From Peptostreptococcaceae bacterium (GTDB lineage: Bacteria > Bacillota > Clostridia > Peptostreptococcales > BM714): 64,000 nucleotides of DNA. Numbering within the stretch: the stretch's first letter is position 1; each line of letters opens with the position of its first letter. This document shows, in pieces, positions 9,427 through 19,120 of the stretch. The notes under the pieces are model-generated. The model made no database searches, had not been told where the DNA came from, and saw only the letters and a list, made by a program, of their open reading frames with translations. Position numbers and translations under genes: made by a program. The stretch is from NCBI GenBank assembly GCA_016649995.1, contig JAENWJ010000003.1, forward strand, positions 349 through 64,348, in the 5' to 3' direction.

Positions 9427-10239
9427 ATGAAGCGGTTCGAAAGTTACATTCAGGAGCATATGTGCCACTACAAGATGGACTTTTTGAGAGTCAAGGAAAA
9501 AGGTGTTTACCGGTATGACGGGCGCGTGTACAATTATTGCTTCATTTTGCCCGAGGGGGACAAGGAAAAGAACATAATCCAGAAATACAGGGAACGTTTT
9601 TGGAACTCGTCCTATGCGCTGAAAGAGAATGACGAGGGCTTTTGCCATCTCGATTCTGCCCAGGCCATTTGCATAAACTTTTTTTATCCATTGATAGAGG
9701 GAGGATATCTTGAGGATTTCATCCAAATAATCGGCATGGGTAACAGAAAAATCAATTACAAGGATTGCATTAATCGCGAAGATCACTTTGAGCTTGACAT
9801 AGAAACGGAGATTGGTCATATGTTTTTCAATATCAAATACACAGGAAAGGCTTATGGTAGTCTTGAGGATACTGAGGAAAACAGAAAGGCGTATGAGGAT
9901 ATTTATAAGCCGGCGCTTGAAAAGTCGGATGCCATAAGGGATGTTTATAAGGAGAAAAAGATATTCTTCAAGCATTATGAAATAATGGAATCGCTTCTTA
10001 AAATTAAAGGGGAAGATTCTGTTGTATTCATGCTTCCTTATGAGAACGAGATGCTTAAGAGCTACATACACATAATTGAGGATATTCTAAAGCCAACTTA
10101 TCTGGAAAAGCTTAAGATTGTTTATTGGGAGGATATTTTTACATCCCTTCCCGATTCGATGATGCCTATGTACAGCGAGTTTATCTTGAAATATTTTCCG
10201 TATATAACATACAAGGTAAAGAGACAAATTCTCAAATAA
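9427..10239 (+). CDS. Hypothetical protein, possible PD-(D/E)xK nuclease fold
   Basis: 270 aa. HLDSAQAICINFFYP resembles the N-terminal helix motif of some restriction-endonuclease-like families. A D...E-x..K-like core is seen in FELDIETEIGHMFFNIKYTG. It has its own promoter and terminator. Confidence 0.35.
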   Translation: MKRFESYIQEHMCHYKMDFLRVKEKGVYRYDGRVYNYCFILPEGDKEKNIIQKYRERFWNSSYALKENDEGFCHLDSAQAICINFFYPLIEGGYLEDFIQIIGMGNRKINYKDCINREDHFELDIETEIGHMFFNIKYTGKAYGSLEDTEENRKAYEDIYKPALEKSDAIRDVYKEKKIFFKHYEIMESLLKIKGEDSVVFMLPYENEMLKSYIHIIEDILKPTYLEKLKIVYWEDIFTSLPDSMMPMYSEFILKYFPYITYKVKRQILK

Positions 10240-10292
10240 TGCAGATAGCATAAGTGAAAAGATTTTGCCGAATTTCAAATATTTTTATATTA

Positions 10293-10318
10293 AAAGACAC
10301 CCGCTGGGTGTCTTTGTC
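10293..10318. terminator. Rho-independent terminator hairpin
   Basis: AAAGACACCC-gct-GGGTGTCTTT, a perfect 10-bp stem followed by a short T run, 54 nt after the stop at 10239. Confidence 0.6.
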
Positions 10319-10385
10319 AATTGATAGGCAAACCCTGCTAGAAGTGACGCGGCTTCTAAATTTGTGGTTATGCAAAGGGTTCTAA

Positions 10386-10394
10386 TGGTATAAT
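10386..10394 (+). promoter_or_regulatory. Putative extended -10 promoter upstream of the patatin gene
   Basis: TGgTATAAT at 10386-10394. The -35 region is weak. Confidence 0.4.
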
Positions 10395-10470
10395 CTGAAT
10401 AGAAAGAAATCTCAGCATTGAGGCATGTTTCATTTGTCTTTTTGAGGGAGTGACAATAGGAGGATAATTT

Positions 10471-11775
10471 ATGGGGAAGCTGGGTTTGGTTCTTGAAGGC
10501 GGAGGCGCCAAGGGAGCTTATCAGGTTGGAGCATACAAGGCTCTTATGGAGCTTGGAATAGAGATCGACGGGATTGCGGGAACATCCATTGGAGCAATCA
10601 ACGGTGCGATGATAGCTCAGGGTTCTTTCGAGAGGTGCTACGATGTTTGGCACGGGATAAGACCGTCAACGCTTTTTGATGTTGACGAGGGTTATATTAA
10701 ACGCATAATAGGCTTTGAGCTTGATGAAAAGAGCCTTTCTTATGCGGCAAAAGCTATCAAGGAAATAATGCAGAACAATGGTCTTGACACAACCCTTGTG
10801 AAGGGCATAATCAGGGACAATATAGATGAGAAAATGCTTAGGGATTCGAAAATGGATTTCGGGTTTGTTACTTTTTCTCTCACGGACATGAAGCCTCTTG
10901 AGTTATACAAGGAGGATGTTCCCTTGGGCAAGATGCATGATTATATAATGGCTTCTGCGTCTGTGCCTGTTTTTAAGTTAGAAAAGATAGACAATAAGAT
11001 TTTTATTGACGGGGGCTTTCATGACAACATGCCTGTGAATCTCCTAGCGAGAAAGGGCTATAAGGATATAATAGTAATAAGGTCCTTTGGCATGGGCAGG
11101 GTTAAGAAGGTGGACCACGAGAACCTAAACATAACCTACATAACTCCATCGGAACCACTGGGCCGCACACTGGATTTTACCAACGACAAGGCGCTAAGGA
11201 ACATCGAAATGGGCTATTATGATACGCTTAGGTTATATAGGGGATACAGAGGCGAAAAGTATTGCATTGAAACAGACGCGGGAGAAGATTTTTTTCTGGA
11301 TTTTTTCAAGGGCCTGGATGAGAAAACCGTTCTTGAAATGGGAAGAGTTTTCGGAATTTCGGGAATGCCTTGGAGGCGCATGCTGTTTGAGCATATACTG
11401 CCTAGGATGGCTGCGGTGCTCGACCTTAAGGATACGGCTACATATGGAGACCTATTGTTGAGATTTCTGGAGCAGCAGGCGAAGGCGTACAATGTAAATC
11501 GTTTTGCTGTTTATAGCATGGAGGAGCTTTTTAATGAGGCAAAGAAGAAATATAAGCCAACGAACAGTGGCGTTTTCAACAAGCTGCCGGATTTTGTCAA
11601 GCAAAACGAGCTTTTGATGCTTTCACGAAACGTCAAGGACGAAATACTTGCTGAATTTATGGGTATTCTCATGAATAGGGAAGAAAAAAAAACGGACTTA
11701 TTTATTTCAGATAAAGCAAATCGAAAAGTTGCGAGAGATATTGAAAAAGGGAGGAAGAGAAATGGAAAACAATAA
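10471..11775 (+). CDS. Patatin-like phospholipase
   Basis: GLVLEGGGAKGAYQVG (oxyanion GGxK/R), GTSIGAING (GxSxG nucleophile) and FIDGGFHDN (catalytic DGG). SD AGGAGG upstream. Confidence 0.85.
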   Translation: MGKLGLVLEGGGAKGAYQVGAYKALMELGIEIDGIAGTSIGAINGAMIAQGSFERCYDVWHGIRPSTLFDVDEGYIKRIIGFELDEKSLSYAAKAIKEIMQNNGLDTTLVKGIIRDNIDEKMLRDSKMDFGFVTFSLTDMKPLELYKEDVPLGKMHDYIMASASVPVFKLEKIDNKIFIDGGFHDNMPVNLLARKGYKDIIVIRSFGMGRVKKVDHENLNITYITPSEPLGRTLDFTNDKALRNIEMGYYDTLRLYRGYRGEKYCIETDAGEDFFLDFFKGLDEKTVLEMGRVFGISGMPWRRMLFEHILPRMAAVLDLKDTATYGDLLLRFLEQQAKAYNVNRFAVYSMEELFNEAKKKYKPTNSGVFNKLPDFVKQNELLMLSRNVKDEILAEFMGILMNREEKKTDLFISDKANRKVARDIEKGRKRNGKQ

Positions 11776-13485
11776 ATTTTACGAGGAATGGCTTGCTGCA
11801 AAAGAAATAGATGAAGATACAAAATTGGAGTTGAAAGGTATTGCAGGCGACGCTGAAGAGATAGAGGACAGGTTCTATAAGGACCTGGAATTCGGGACCG
11901 GAGGAATGCGAGGCATTCGCGGGGCCGGCCGGAACAGAATAAACAAATACAATATAAGAAAGGTTACCCAGGGACTGGCTTCGTATCTCGATAAAAATGT
12001 GGACGGAGCGGCGGAGAAGGGTGTTGCAATTGCCTATGACAGCCGTATAAAGTCAGATGAATTTGCATGGGAGGCGTCAGAGGTTCTTGCCGGAAACGGC
12101 ATAAGGGTTTATCTTTACGAGGGAATAAGATCCACTCCCCAGCTTTCATTTACAGTGAAGAGGTTGGGTTGTGCGGGGGGTATTGTCCTCACCGCCAGTC
12201 ATAACCCGCCGGAGTATAACGGGTACAAGGTTTACGGGGAAAACGGGGGACAGATAGTCCCCAAGATAAGTGAGCCTCTTATTGCTGAGGTTAAAAGGAT
12301 TGAGGGCTTCAAGGGGATTTTGAGAATGAATCGCGAAGAGGCTCTAAAAAAGGGAATGATAAAGCTTATAGGCAGCGAAATGGACGAGGAATATTACGAA
12401 TCGGTTTTAAGTTTGTCGACTGTGAATGCTGAGAACCGCGAGGCTGTAAAGGGTTTAAAAATAGTATATACGCCGCTTCACGGGGTTGGCTTAGAGCCTG
12501 TTACAGAGGTGCTTTCACGGGATGGATTCCAGCATGTGACTGTGGTGCCTGAACAGGAAAAGCCCGATGGAACCTTTCCGACGGTGAAAAAGCCGAATCC
12601 TGAGGAGCCGGAGGCGCTTAAAATGGCGCTTGATCTGGCAGAGAAAAACGGAGCGGACCTGGTAATAGCTACCGATCCGGATTCGGACAGGGTTGGACTT
12701 GCGGCAAGAAACAGCCAAGGAAGGCTTGAATCGCTTTTGGGAAACCAGGTGGGACCGCTTCTTATAGATTATATTCTTTCGCATAAAAAGCTAATGAAAG
12801 GTGATTTTATCGTCAAGACGGTTGTGACATCGGACATGGGAGCAGCTGTTGCAAGGCATTACGGCGTGGACAGTTACGAGACTCTGACAGGCTTCAAGTG
12901 GATTTGCGACAAGGCAATGGAGCTTGAGAGAGAGGGCGGAAAGCGCTTTGTTTTCGGATACGAGGAAAGCATAGGGTACCTTGCAGGAGACTTTACCAAG
13001 GACAAGGATGCAGTTATTTCTGCAATGATAGCGTCTGAGATGGCAGCCTTTTTCAAGGCCAATGGCATGACTCTGCATGATGCACTTAGGGCATTGTGGG
13101 AAAGGCACGGCTTCTACAAGGACCACCTGATTTCGCTTTGGCTTGAGGGACGCGACGGCAAGGAACGCATAGGGAGAATAATGAAAAGCTTCAGGAATAA
13201 TTCGCCAAGGATAATCGGCGGAGCTGCTGTAACTGAAATAGTTGATTTCAATTCATCGACTAAAACCTATGTGGACAGAAAGGAATCGGAAATTTTGAGG
13301 TTCCATAAATCCAATGTTTTGAAATTTAAATTTGGAGATAGTTGCTGGTTTGCCATAAGGCCCAGCGGAACCGAACCGAAGATTAAGATATATTTCTCGG
13401 TCATGGATAGGGATGAGGCGAAGGCTTCTAAAAAGATGGAGGATATGATAGGTGAAGTCAGCAAATTGATTGAAGAGGTAAAATA

Positions 13486-13486
<1 letters not shown>
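11762..13486 (+). CDS. pgcA: Phosphoglucomutase/phosphomannomutase, PgcA-like
   Basis: Active-site loop TASHNPPEYNGYKVY, ATDPDSDRVG metal loop, GYEESIGY. I chose the ATG at 11762 (MENNKFYEEW) because SD GGGAGGAAG lies upstream of it. The track start at 11729 has no SD. Confidence 0.85.
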
Positions 13487-13600
<114 letters not shown>

Positions 13601-13628
13601 AGAAAAAATGTTTTATGGGGAGGTTTGC

Positions 13629-14759
13629 ATGGAAAAGGGGTTCTTGCATGTTGTGGGAAGAAACGATGAAGATGAATTTTTGGAAAGCGGATGCACTGCA
13701 ACACGATTAACTGGGGTTGCCGGGTGTTATGTTCTTTGGAAGGTGCCGAGTGGACAGCTCATGCAATTCTTTTGCATGGATTTTGAGAGCGAGGGTATAA
13801 AGGGCTACAAGAGTCTTCTTAATGGAACCGAAGAGCAAAGGCAGGACATGATGAAGGAGGCAATAGGTGTTTACGGAGAGAATTTCGAAAGTCTTTCCGA
13901 GAGGGATGCTATAGATTTGCTGAATCTAATGTATGCTGTAAATCTAAAATTTCATCTGCCTCTTCCGGGAAAAACTGCTGAATATGCTCATTTGCTTAAT
14001 CGCGAAAAAGTTGTGCCGGATGATGCAAGGAGGATTCTGGATAAGAGGCTTTCGAAACAAATGGAAACTGATTTTGAAGCCGCGAATTATTATATGAGTA
14101 GGGCTCTTGCAAATGACATCGAGGCTGAAAAGCAGCTTTTGGTTGTGGGAAGCAGGCTTGAGCTTGCTACATTGCCCGGGAAATCCATTCTCCTTAAAAA
14201 CGATGTTATTCCAAGAGAATGTTTTCCGGGGACAAGGTACGTCAATTGCACTGCATTGGCAAGAAAGGGAACCGATTATTTTATCGTAATGGCGAGATTA
14301 AGCCTTATGGATACCGAAGAGGGCATAAAGCTTATTGGTGCGCAGTTTCTCGAAAAGAAACATTTGACGGCTGCAGAGGCCTCAATGATTATAAAGAGGA
14401 CTGAATATTTGATGGTTTATCAGGTTGCGGACAAGGAGTGTTTTGGACAAGCTCTTTTGGTTGAAAAGCCTTGTGTCGAAAGGGAGCAACATGAAAAGGG
14501 AATGCTTTACACGCAGTTTAAGCGCGACAATAATCATTATAAGGAGCAGACTTATTTCATGAATGATGATATTTTCGGTTTATATTTTCTCATGGATGAA
14601 GGCAAACTGGTTGCTGTAACATATAGCGAGGATGGAATAAACGAAATAAATAAATTCTTTAGTAGGCCATGCTTTAGAAAATGCCTGACGATAGAAAAGG
14701 CTTTTTATTCTGAAAGCCCCTTATTTTATCATATTGTGCATCAAAAGGAAGAGAAGTAA
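13629..14759 (+). CDS. Hypothetical protein, paralog 1 of a pair flanking pgi
   Basis: 376 aa from the ATG at 13629 (SD GGGGAGG 6 nt upstream). It is collinear with the 16295 gene: TRLTGVAGCYVLWKVPSGQLMQFF..D.ESEGIKGYKSLLN versus TRLMGVVGVKVCWKLESGDFFYQFF..DSEAYGIDGYESLIN, and LYTQFKRDNNHYKEQTYFMNDDIFGLYF versus LFTYFNKDNDHVKEDLYYLNGDIHSVYF. Confidence 0.7.
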   Translation: MEKGFLHVVGRNDEDEFLESGCTATRLTGVAGCYVLWKVPSGQLMQFFCMDFESEGIKGYKSLLNGTEEQRQDMMKEAIGVYGENFESLSERDAIDLLNLMYAVNLKFHLPLPGKTAEYAHLLNREKVVPDDARRILDKRLSKQMETDFEAANYYMSRALANDIEAEKQLLVVGSRLELATLPGKSILLKNDVIPRECFPGTRYVNCTALARKGTDYFIVMARLSLMDTEEGIKLIGAQFLEKKHLTAAEASMIIKRTEYLMVYQVADKECFGQALLVEKPCVEREQHEKGMLYTQFKRDNNHYKEQTYFMNDDIFGLYFLMDEGKLVAVTYSEDGINEINKFFSRPCFRKCLTIEKAFYSESPLFYHIVHQKEEK

Positions 14760-14764
14760 AATAA

Positions 14765-14822
14765 GTGGGCAGTGGGCAGTGGGCAGCTGGCAGTAAAAGA
14801 CAAAGGCAAAAGCAAAAGACAA
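14765..14822 (+). repeat. Heptanucleotide array (GTGGGCA x3, GCTGGCA, then AAAAGAC/AAAGGC/AAAAGC units)
   Basis: Read directly from the sequence. It starts 6 nt after the stop at 14759. Confidence 0.9.
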
Positions 14823-14930
14823 CGCATCGTGTGATGTCGCGTAATCCGAAGTTAACGTGCTTTGGGAAGAAAAAACAGTAAAGAAGTTTGCAGTGTGAAG
14901 GGTAAAAAGGAATATGGAAAGGGGAGTCCT

Positions 14931-16280
14931 ATGGATATCAGGCTTGATTATGATCGGGCAAAGACGGATTTATCGGGAATTATTCATGAGTTGGAGCATG
15001 CCTTCAGCAGAATTTTAAGGAAAAGAAATCAAGGTTATCTTGGATTCATGGATTTGGTGAGTCATCAAAAGGATATTGAAAGGATTAAGAAAAAGTCAGA
15101 ATGGATAAGGCAAAGGTTTGATAATTTTGTTGTCATAGGCATTGGAGGGTCGAGTCTTGGCAGTTTGGCTCTGCATGAGGCCTTGAACGGAAAGTATTAC
15201 AATGACAAACCGAAATCCATTCGGAATGGTCCCAAATTTTATGTGTTGGATAATCCTGACCCTGAAAGTGTTGGTGACCTGCTTGATATTCTGGAGCCCG
15301 AAAAAACGGTTTTTAATGTTATAACTAAATCGGGCAGTACTTCAGAAACCATGTCAAATTTTATGATAGTCTACGACTGGCTATATAAAAATCTTCCGGA
15401 AAAGGCTGTTGCCGAGCGTATCATAGCAACCACCGATGCAAAGGATAGCATTCTTTTGGATATTGCCCGGGAAAAAGGTCTAGACACTTTTTATATACCT
15501 GGAAATGTAGGGGGGAGATTCTCGGTTCTTTCTCCGGTGGGACTGCTTTCGGCTTGCACCTGCGGCATAGATATTGACGGGCTGCTCATGGGGGCCGAAG
15601 ATATGGCGAATCGCTGCAACAATTTTTACCCGGAGGACAATCCTGCACTGATGGATGCCGCTGTGCATTTCATGATGATGAAAGCCGGAAGGAATATTTC
15701 CGTTTTGATGCCCTATGCCGACAGGCTAAGATATTTGTCGGACTGGCATTCCCAGCTTTGGGCTGAAAGTCTTGGAAAGAAGAGCGACAATGATGAAAAG
15801 GTTGTCCATACCGGGCAGACTCCTGTCAAGGCGCTTGGCACGATAGATCAGCATTCGCAGGTTCAGCTTTATGCCGAGGGTCCGGACGATAAGATTATAA
15901 CTTTTTTAAGGGTTGAAAGGTTTCGCAGGGATATGGCTATTCCGGGACGTTTTTCAGGCTACAAGAATCTTGAGGTGCTTGCGAATAGGGGCTTGTCAGA
16001 ATTAATGAATGCGGAACAATTGGCCACAGAGGATGCTCTTTCTGAATTTGGAAGGCCAATTCTTACCATCGTTTTTCCTGAGATCAATGAGGAGACTGTG
16101 GGCCAGTTTATATATATGCAGGAGCTCAAAACGGCTTATTGTGGGGAGCTTCTAAACATCAATGCTTTTAATCAGCCTGGAGTTGAATTGGGCAAGGTTC
16201 TCACGCGGAAGTATATGATGAAGACGGGTGAAAATCCGGAACGGTTTAAGAATCAGACTTTGTCAAAGGATGGAATCTAA
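14931..16280 (+). CDS. pgi: Glucose-6-phosphate isomerase
   Basis: IGIGGSSLG, VITKSGSTSET and GGRFSVLSPVGL motifs. The ATG at 14931 (MDIRLDY) follows SD GGAAAGGGGAG. The track start at 14862 was rejected. Confidence 0.9.
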   Translation: MDIRLDYDRAKTDLSGIIHELEHAFSRILRKRNQGYLGFMDLVSHQKDIERIKKKSEWIRQRFDNFVVIGIGGSSLGSLALHEALNGKYYNDKPKSIRNGPKFYVLDNPDPESVGDLLDILEPEKTVFNVITKSGSTSETMSNFMIVYDWLYKNLPEKAVAERIIATTDAKDSILLDIAREKGLDTFYIPGNVGGRFSVLSPVGLLSACTCGIDIDGLLMGAEDMANRCNNFYPEDNPALMDAAVHFMMMKAGRNISVLMPYADRLRYLSDWHSQLWAESLGKKSDNDEKVVHTGQTPVKALGTIDQHSQVQLYAEGPDDKIITFLRVERFRRDMAIPGRFSGYKNLEVLANRGLSELMNAEQLATEDALSEFGRPILTIVFPEINEETVGQFIYMQELKTAYCGELLNINAFNQPGVELGKVLTRKYMMKTGENPERFKNQTLSKDGI

Positions 16281-16294
16281 GGCAGGTGGTAGAA

Positions 16295-17476
16295 ATGAAA
16301 GAAAATAAATCAACAGAACTGAAAATTCTAAAGGGCGGCCGAGACAAGGGAAATTTGTCAGGCATTGGGCCCGGGAGTTTTCTTTGGGCCGAGGCGACAA
16401 ACACCAGGCTTATGGGTGTCGTTGGGGTAAAGGTTTGCTGGAAGCTTGAAAGCGGCGATTTCTTTTATCAATTTTTCCACTTAGATAGCGAGGCTTACGG
16501 AATTGACGGATACGAGAGTCTAATAAATCCCAACATATATGAAATTGACTATATAGCAATGCATATGATGGGCGGACTTGGAGGATCTTTTAAAACTATA
16601 TATTACAATGAACTCATCTATCTGTTAAGATGGTTCTATGATTTAAATTTAAAGAACGAAGAACCCCTTCCTGAAGGGTTCGGGGAGTTTGAAAAGCTTT
16701 TAGCAGATTCGGATACTATTTGCGATGTGGAAGGTCTTATGGGCAGGATATGCGAGCATATCGAAAACGAAGCCCACTGCATACATTATTTTTTGATGAG
16801 GATTTTCGGCGGGGATTATGTGGCTGCCGGCTTTCTTATGGACGACATGGTGGAAGACAATATCAGTTCCGATGTTCCAGATGGTATTCTTCTCAGGAAT
16901 GAAGTTTCATGCAAAAGAAAGACCAAAAGGGGCAGAGTTTGCCAGACGGAATCGCTTGTTGAGGCCAAATTCGGTTATATGCTTGTGCATTCCGAATTAA
17001 AGGTTGTACATTCTGAAGATGGCTACAAGATACGCATGGCGAAAAAGCTTGAGGATATGCGTGTATCAAACATAGAGGCGGCGTTTCTGCTTAAAAAGCC
17101 GGAGTATTTGGCTATTTATGAGATTGACTCCTTTGAAGAGTTCTTGATGGTTTTTAAGATAGAGAATCCATCTATGATGAACAGCATACATGAATCCGGG
17201 GTTCTTTTCACATATTTCAACAAGGACAACGACCATGTGAAAGAGGATTTGTATTATTTGAACGGAGACATACACAGCGTATATTTCATAACACGCGGAG
17301 AGCAGCTTATTGTTGCTTCATTCGAGAAAGAAAAGATGGGAGAGGCCAAGGAGATGCTTTCCGGCAAGGCGTACGGCGAAATGCTTGTTGAGAACGAGGA
17401 TATGTTAATGGAGGAGCCGGTGTTTTATGAATTCGTAAACAGCGGAGAGGACGATATATATGATTTTTTTGATTAA
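16295..17476 (+). CDS. Hypothetical protein, paralog 2 of the pair flanking pgi
   Basis: 393 aa from the ATG at 16295 (the GTG at 16286 is also possible). Similarity blocks to the 13629 gene are listed under that feature. Confidence 0.7.
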   Translation: MKENKSTELKILKGGRDKGNLSGIGPGSFLWAEATNTRLMGVVGVKVCWKLESGDFFYQFFHLDSEAYGIDGYESLINPNIYEIDYIAMHMMGGLGGSFKTIYYNELIYLLRWFYDLNLKNEEPLPEGFGEFEKLLADSDTICDVEGLMGRICEHIENEAHCIHYFLMRIFGGDYVAAGFLMDDMVEDNISSDVPDGILLRNEVSCKRKTKRGRVCQTESLVEAKFGYMLVHSELKVVHSEDGYKIRMAKKLEDMRVSNIEAAFLLKKPEYLAIYEIDSFEEFLMVFKIENPSMMNSIHESGVLFTYFNKDNDHVKEDLYYLNGDIHSVYFITRGEQLIVASFEKEKMGEAKEMLSGKAYGEMLVENEDMLMEEPVFYEFVNSGEDDIYDFFD

Positions 17477-17502
17477 AAGGGTATAGGATAGGGGGAAGCG
17501 GT

Positions 17503-18426
17503 TTGGTAGTTGTAACGCAGGTGTTGATTCTTTTTTTTATGATAATAACAGGATTCGTGGCAAAGAGGTTTGAAATAATCAAAAATGAAATGAACGAAGG
17601 TTTGATAAATCTTGTGCTTTACGTGATGCTTCCGTCTTTGATATTGACATCGATGGATTTTGATTTTTCACCGGAGATTCTGGCTAAAAGCGGAAAGATT
17701 TTTGTCATTTCCATAGTAATTTATTCGGTTATAATGGCTATATCATTTTTGATTCCGAAGATAGTGGGAGGCGAAAAAAGCCAAACGGCCATTTATCAAT
17801 ATGCGTTTATTTTTGTGAATGTGGCCTACATGGGATACCCTGTAGTCAATTCCGTTTATGGAAAGATAGGGGTTTTCTATACGGCTATTTTTAATTTGCC
17901 GTTCAATCTTTTCATATGGACAGTAGGTCTTTGGATACTTACCAAGGATCATGAGGAATTTAAGGGGCAGGTTGCAAGCTTTGAAATCAAGAGGTTTCTA
18001 AATCCGGCTATAATAGCTGTTTTTGCCGGATTCATTTTGTTCTTGTTTTCAATCCGCTTGCCGCAAATAATATATGACACATTGGGAACGCTCGGGAGCG
18101 CTACCATGCCGCTGTCGATGATTTTTATTGGGTCGGTACTGGCGGATGTGGAAATTAAGGATATTCTTACAGACAAGAAGGCGCTTGCGTATTCTGTGCT
18201 CCGCCAGACACTTGTTCCTCTTGTGATATTGTATTCCCTAAAGGCCCTGGGTTTTACGGGATACATGGTAGGGATTCCGGCTGTCATTTCAGGTATGCCT
18301 ACTGCGGCCAACACGGCTCTCATGGCATCGAAGTATAAAAATGATTACCATCTAGCATCGAGGCTTGTTTTTGTGTCAACGTTTGTATCTATTTTCACCA
18401 TTCCGGTGATAGTGATGCTGGTATAG
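17503..18426 (+). CDS. AEC (auxin efflux carrier) family membrane transporter
   Basis: 307 aa with about 10 hydrophobic segments. The N-terminus QVLILFFMIITGFVAKRF...LVLYVMLPSLIL is typical of the family. TTG start follows SD AGGGGGAAG. Confidence 0.7.
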   Translation: MVVVTQVLILFFMIITGFVAKRFEIIKNEMNEGLINLVLYVMLPSLILTSMDFDFSPEILAKSGKIFVISIVIYSVIMAISFLIPKIVGGEKSQTAIYQYAFIFVNVAYMGYPVVNSVYGKIGVFYTAIFNLPFNLFIWTVGLWILTKDHEEFKGQVASFEIKRFLNPAIIAVFAGFILFLFSIRLPQIIYDTLGTLGSATMPLSMIFIGSVLADVEIKDILTDKKALAYSVLRQTLVPLVILYSLKALGFTGYMVGIPAVISGMPTAANTALMASKYKNDYHLASRLVFVSTFVSIFTIPVIVMLV

Positions 18427-18440
18427 GAGGGGGAAAAAAG

Positions 18441-18905
18441 ATGCATAAGGATTTGAAAATGGCTGTGGATATGCTTTATAGCGAGGGCAGGGCTCTTGTG
18501 CTTGTAAGAAACGGAGAAGTTTTGAAGAGGGATGACAGACGAGGAATAGGACCGATGTATGACATTGCAACAGGTGAAAGGTCATTGTCTGATGGAAGCA
18601 GTCTTGCCGACAAGGTAATAGGAAAGGCAGCTGCAATGCTTGCGGTCGACGCAGGGATTGCCAGGCTTTATGCTCTTGTAATAAGCGAGGAAGCAGAAAA
18701 GGTTTTGTCTGATGCAAAGATGGAGTATCATTTCAAAACAATGGTGCCTTTCATACAGAACAGGGAAAAAACAGGCAAGTGTCCCATGGAGCGGTTGGCT
18801 GGGGGCATTGAATTTGGGGATACGGAAGTGTTGAAGGAAAGGCTTAGGGAGTTTTTAAAAACAGTAGAAAGTTGGAAAGTGGAAAGAAAAAACAGTGGAA
18901 AGTAG
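18441..18905 (+). CDS. DUF1893 (TM1506-like) domain protein
   Basis: Pattern ...LVLVRNGEVL...RGIGPMYDI...DKVIGKAAAML.... The last ~15 codons (KTVESWKVERKNSGK) are read from the heptamer repeat array. Confidence 0.55.
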   Translation: MHKDLKMAVDMLYSEGRALVLVRNGEVLKRDDRRGIGPMYDIATGERSLSDGSSLADKVIGKAAAMLAVDAGIARLYALVISEEAEKVLSDAKMEYHFKTMVPFIQNREKTGKCPMERLAGGIEFGDTEVLKERLREFLKTVESWKVERKNSGK

Positions 18906-19085
18906 AAAGTGGAAAGTGGAAAGAAAAAGATAAAAGATAAAAGATAAACGATAAACGATAAAAGAAAAAGATTAAAGAAAAAGATTAAAGAAATTCAAAG
19001 TGTTCATAAATAAGGGTTCAAGTGTTTGGTTTGAGTTTTTAGCTTTTGTATTTACTGCAAACTGCCAACTGCCATCTGCAAACTG
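18863..19085. repeat. Largest composite heptamer array: AGTAGAA/AGTGGAA units, ATAAAAG/ATAAACG units, AAAAAGATTAAAG x2, then CTGCAAA/CTGCCAA/CTGCCAT units in inverse orientation
   Basis: Forward-type units occupy 18863-18990. Units at 19055-19085 are the reverse complement of the GGCAGTN type seen elsewhere. Confidence 0.9.
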
Positions 19086-19120
19086 AAAACCCCCTCTTCT
19101 TCGGAAGAGGGGGTTTGTTT
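19086..19120. terminator. Bidirectional rho-independent terminator between convergent genes
   Basis: AACCCCCTCTTC-ttcg-GAAGAGGGGGTT, a 12-bp stem with A/T runs on both sides. Confidence 0.85.

Noticed and set aside
9013-10071. 352-aa minus-strand ORF, the longest antisense ORF in the track
   Set aside because: It lies antisense to the 3' end of the SMC gene and to the well-supported 9427-10239 gene. Its composition is I/L/F/Y-rich and low complexity, as expected for the mirror frame of AT-rich coding DNA. It has no SD and no recognisable motif.
10471-11775. The patatin-like phospholipase as a defence effector linked to the upstream island (CBASS-type)
   Set aside because: It is separated from the island by a strong terminator and has its own promoter. 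No cyclase, sensor or other signalling gene is adjacent. It continues directly, with overlapping stop and start, into pgcA, so a housekeeping lipase is more parsimonious.
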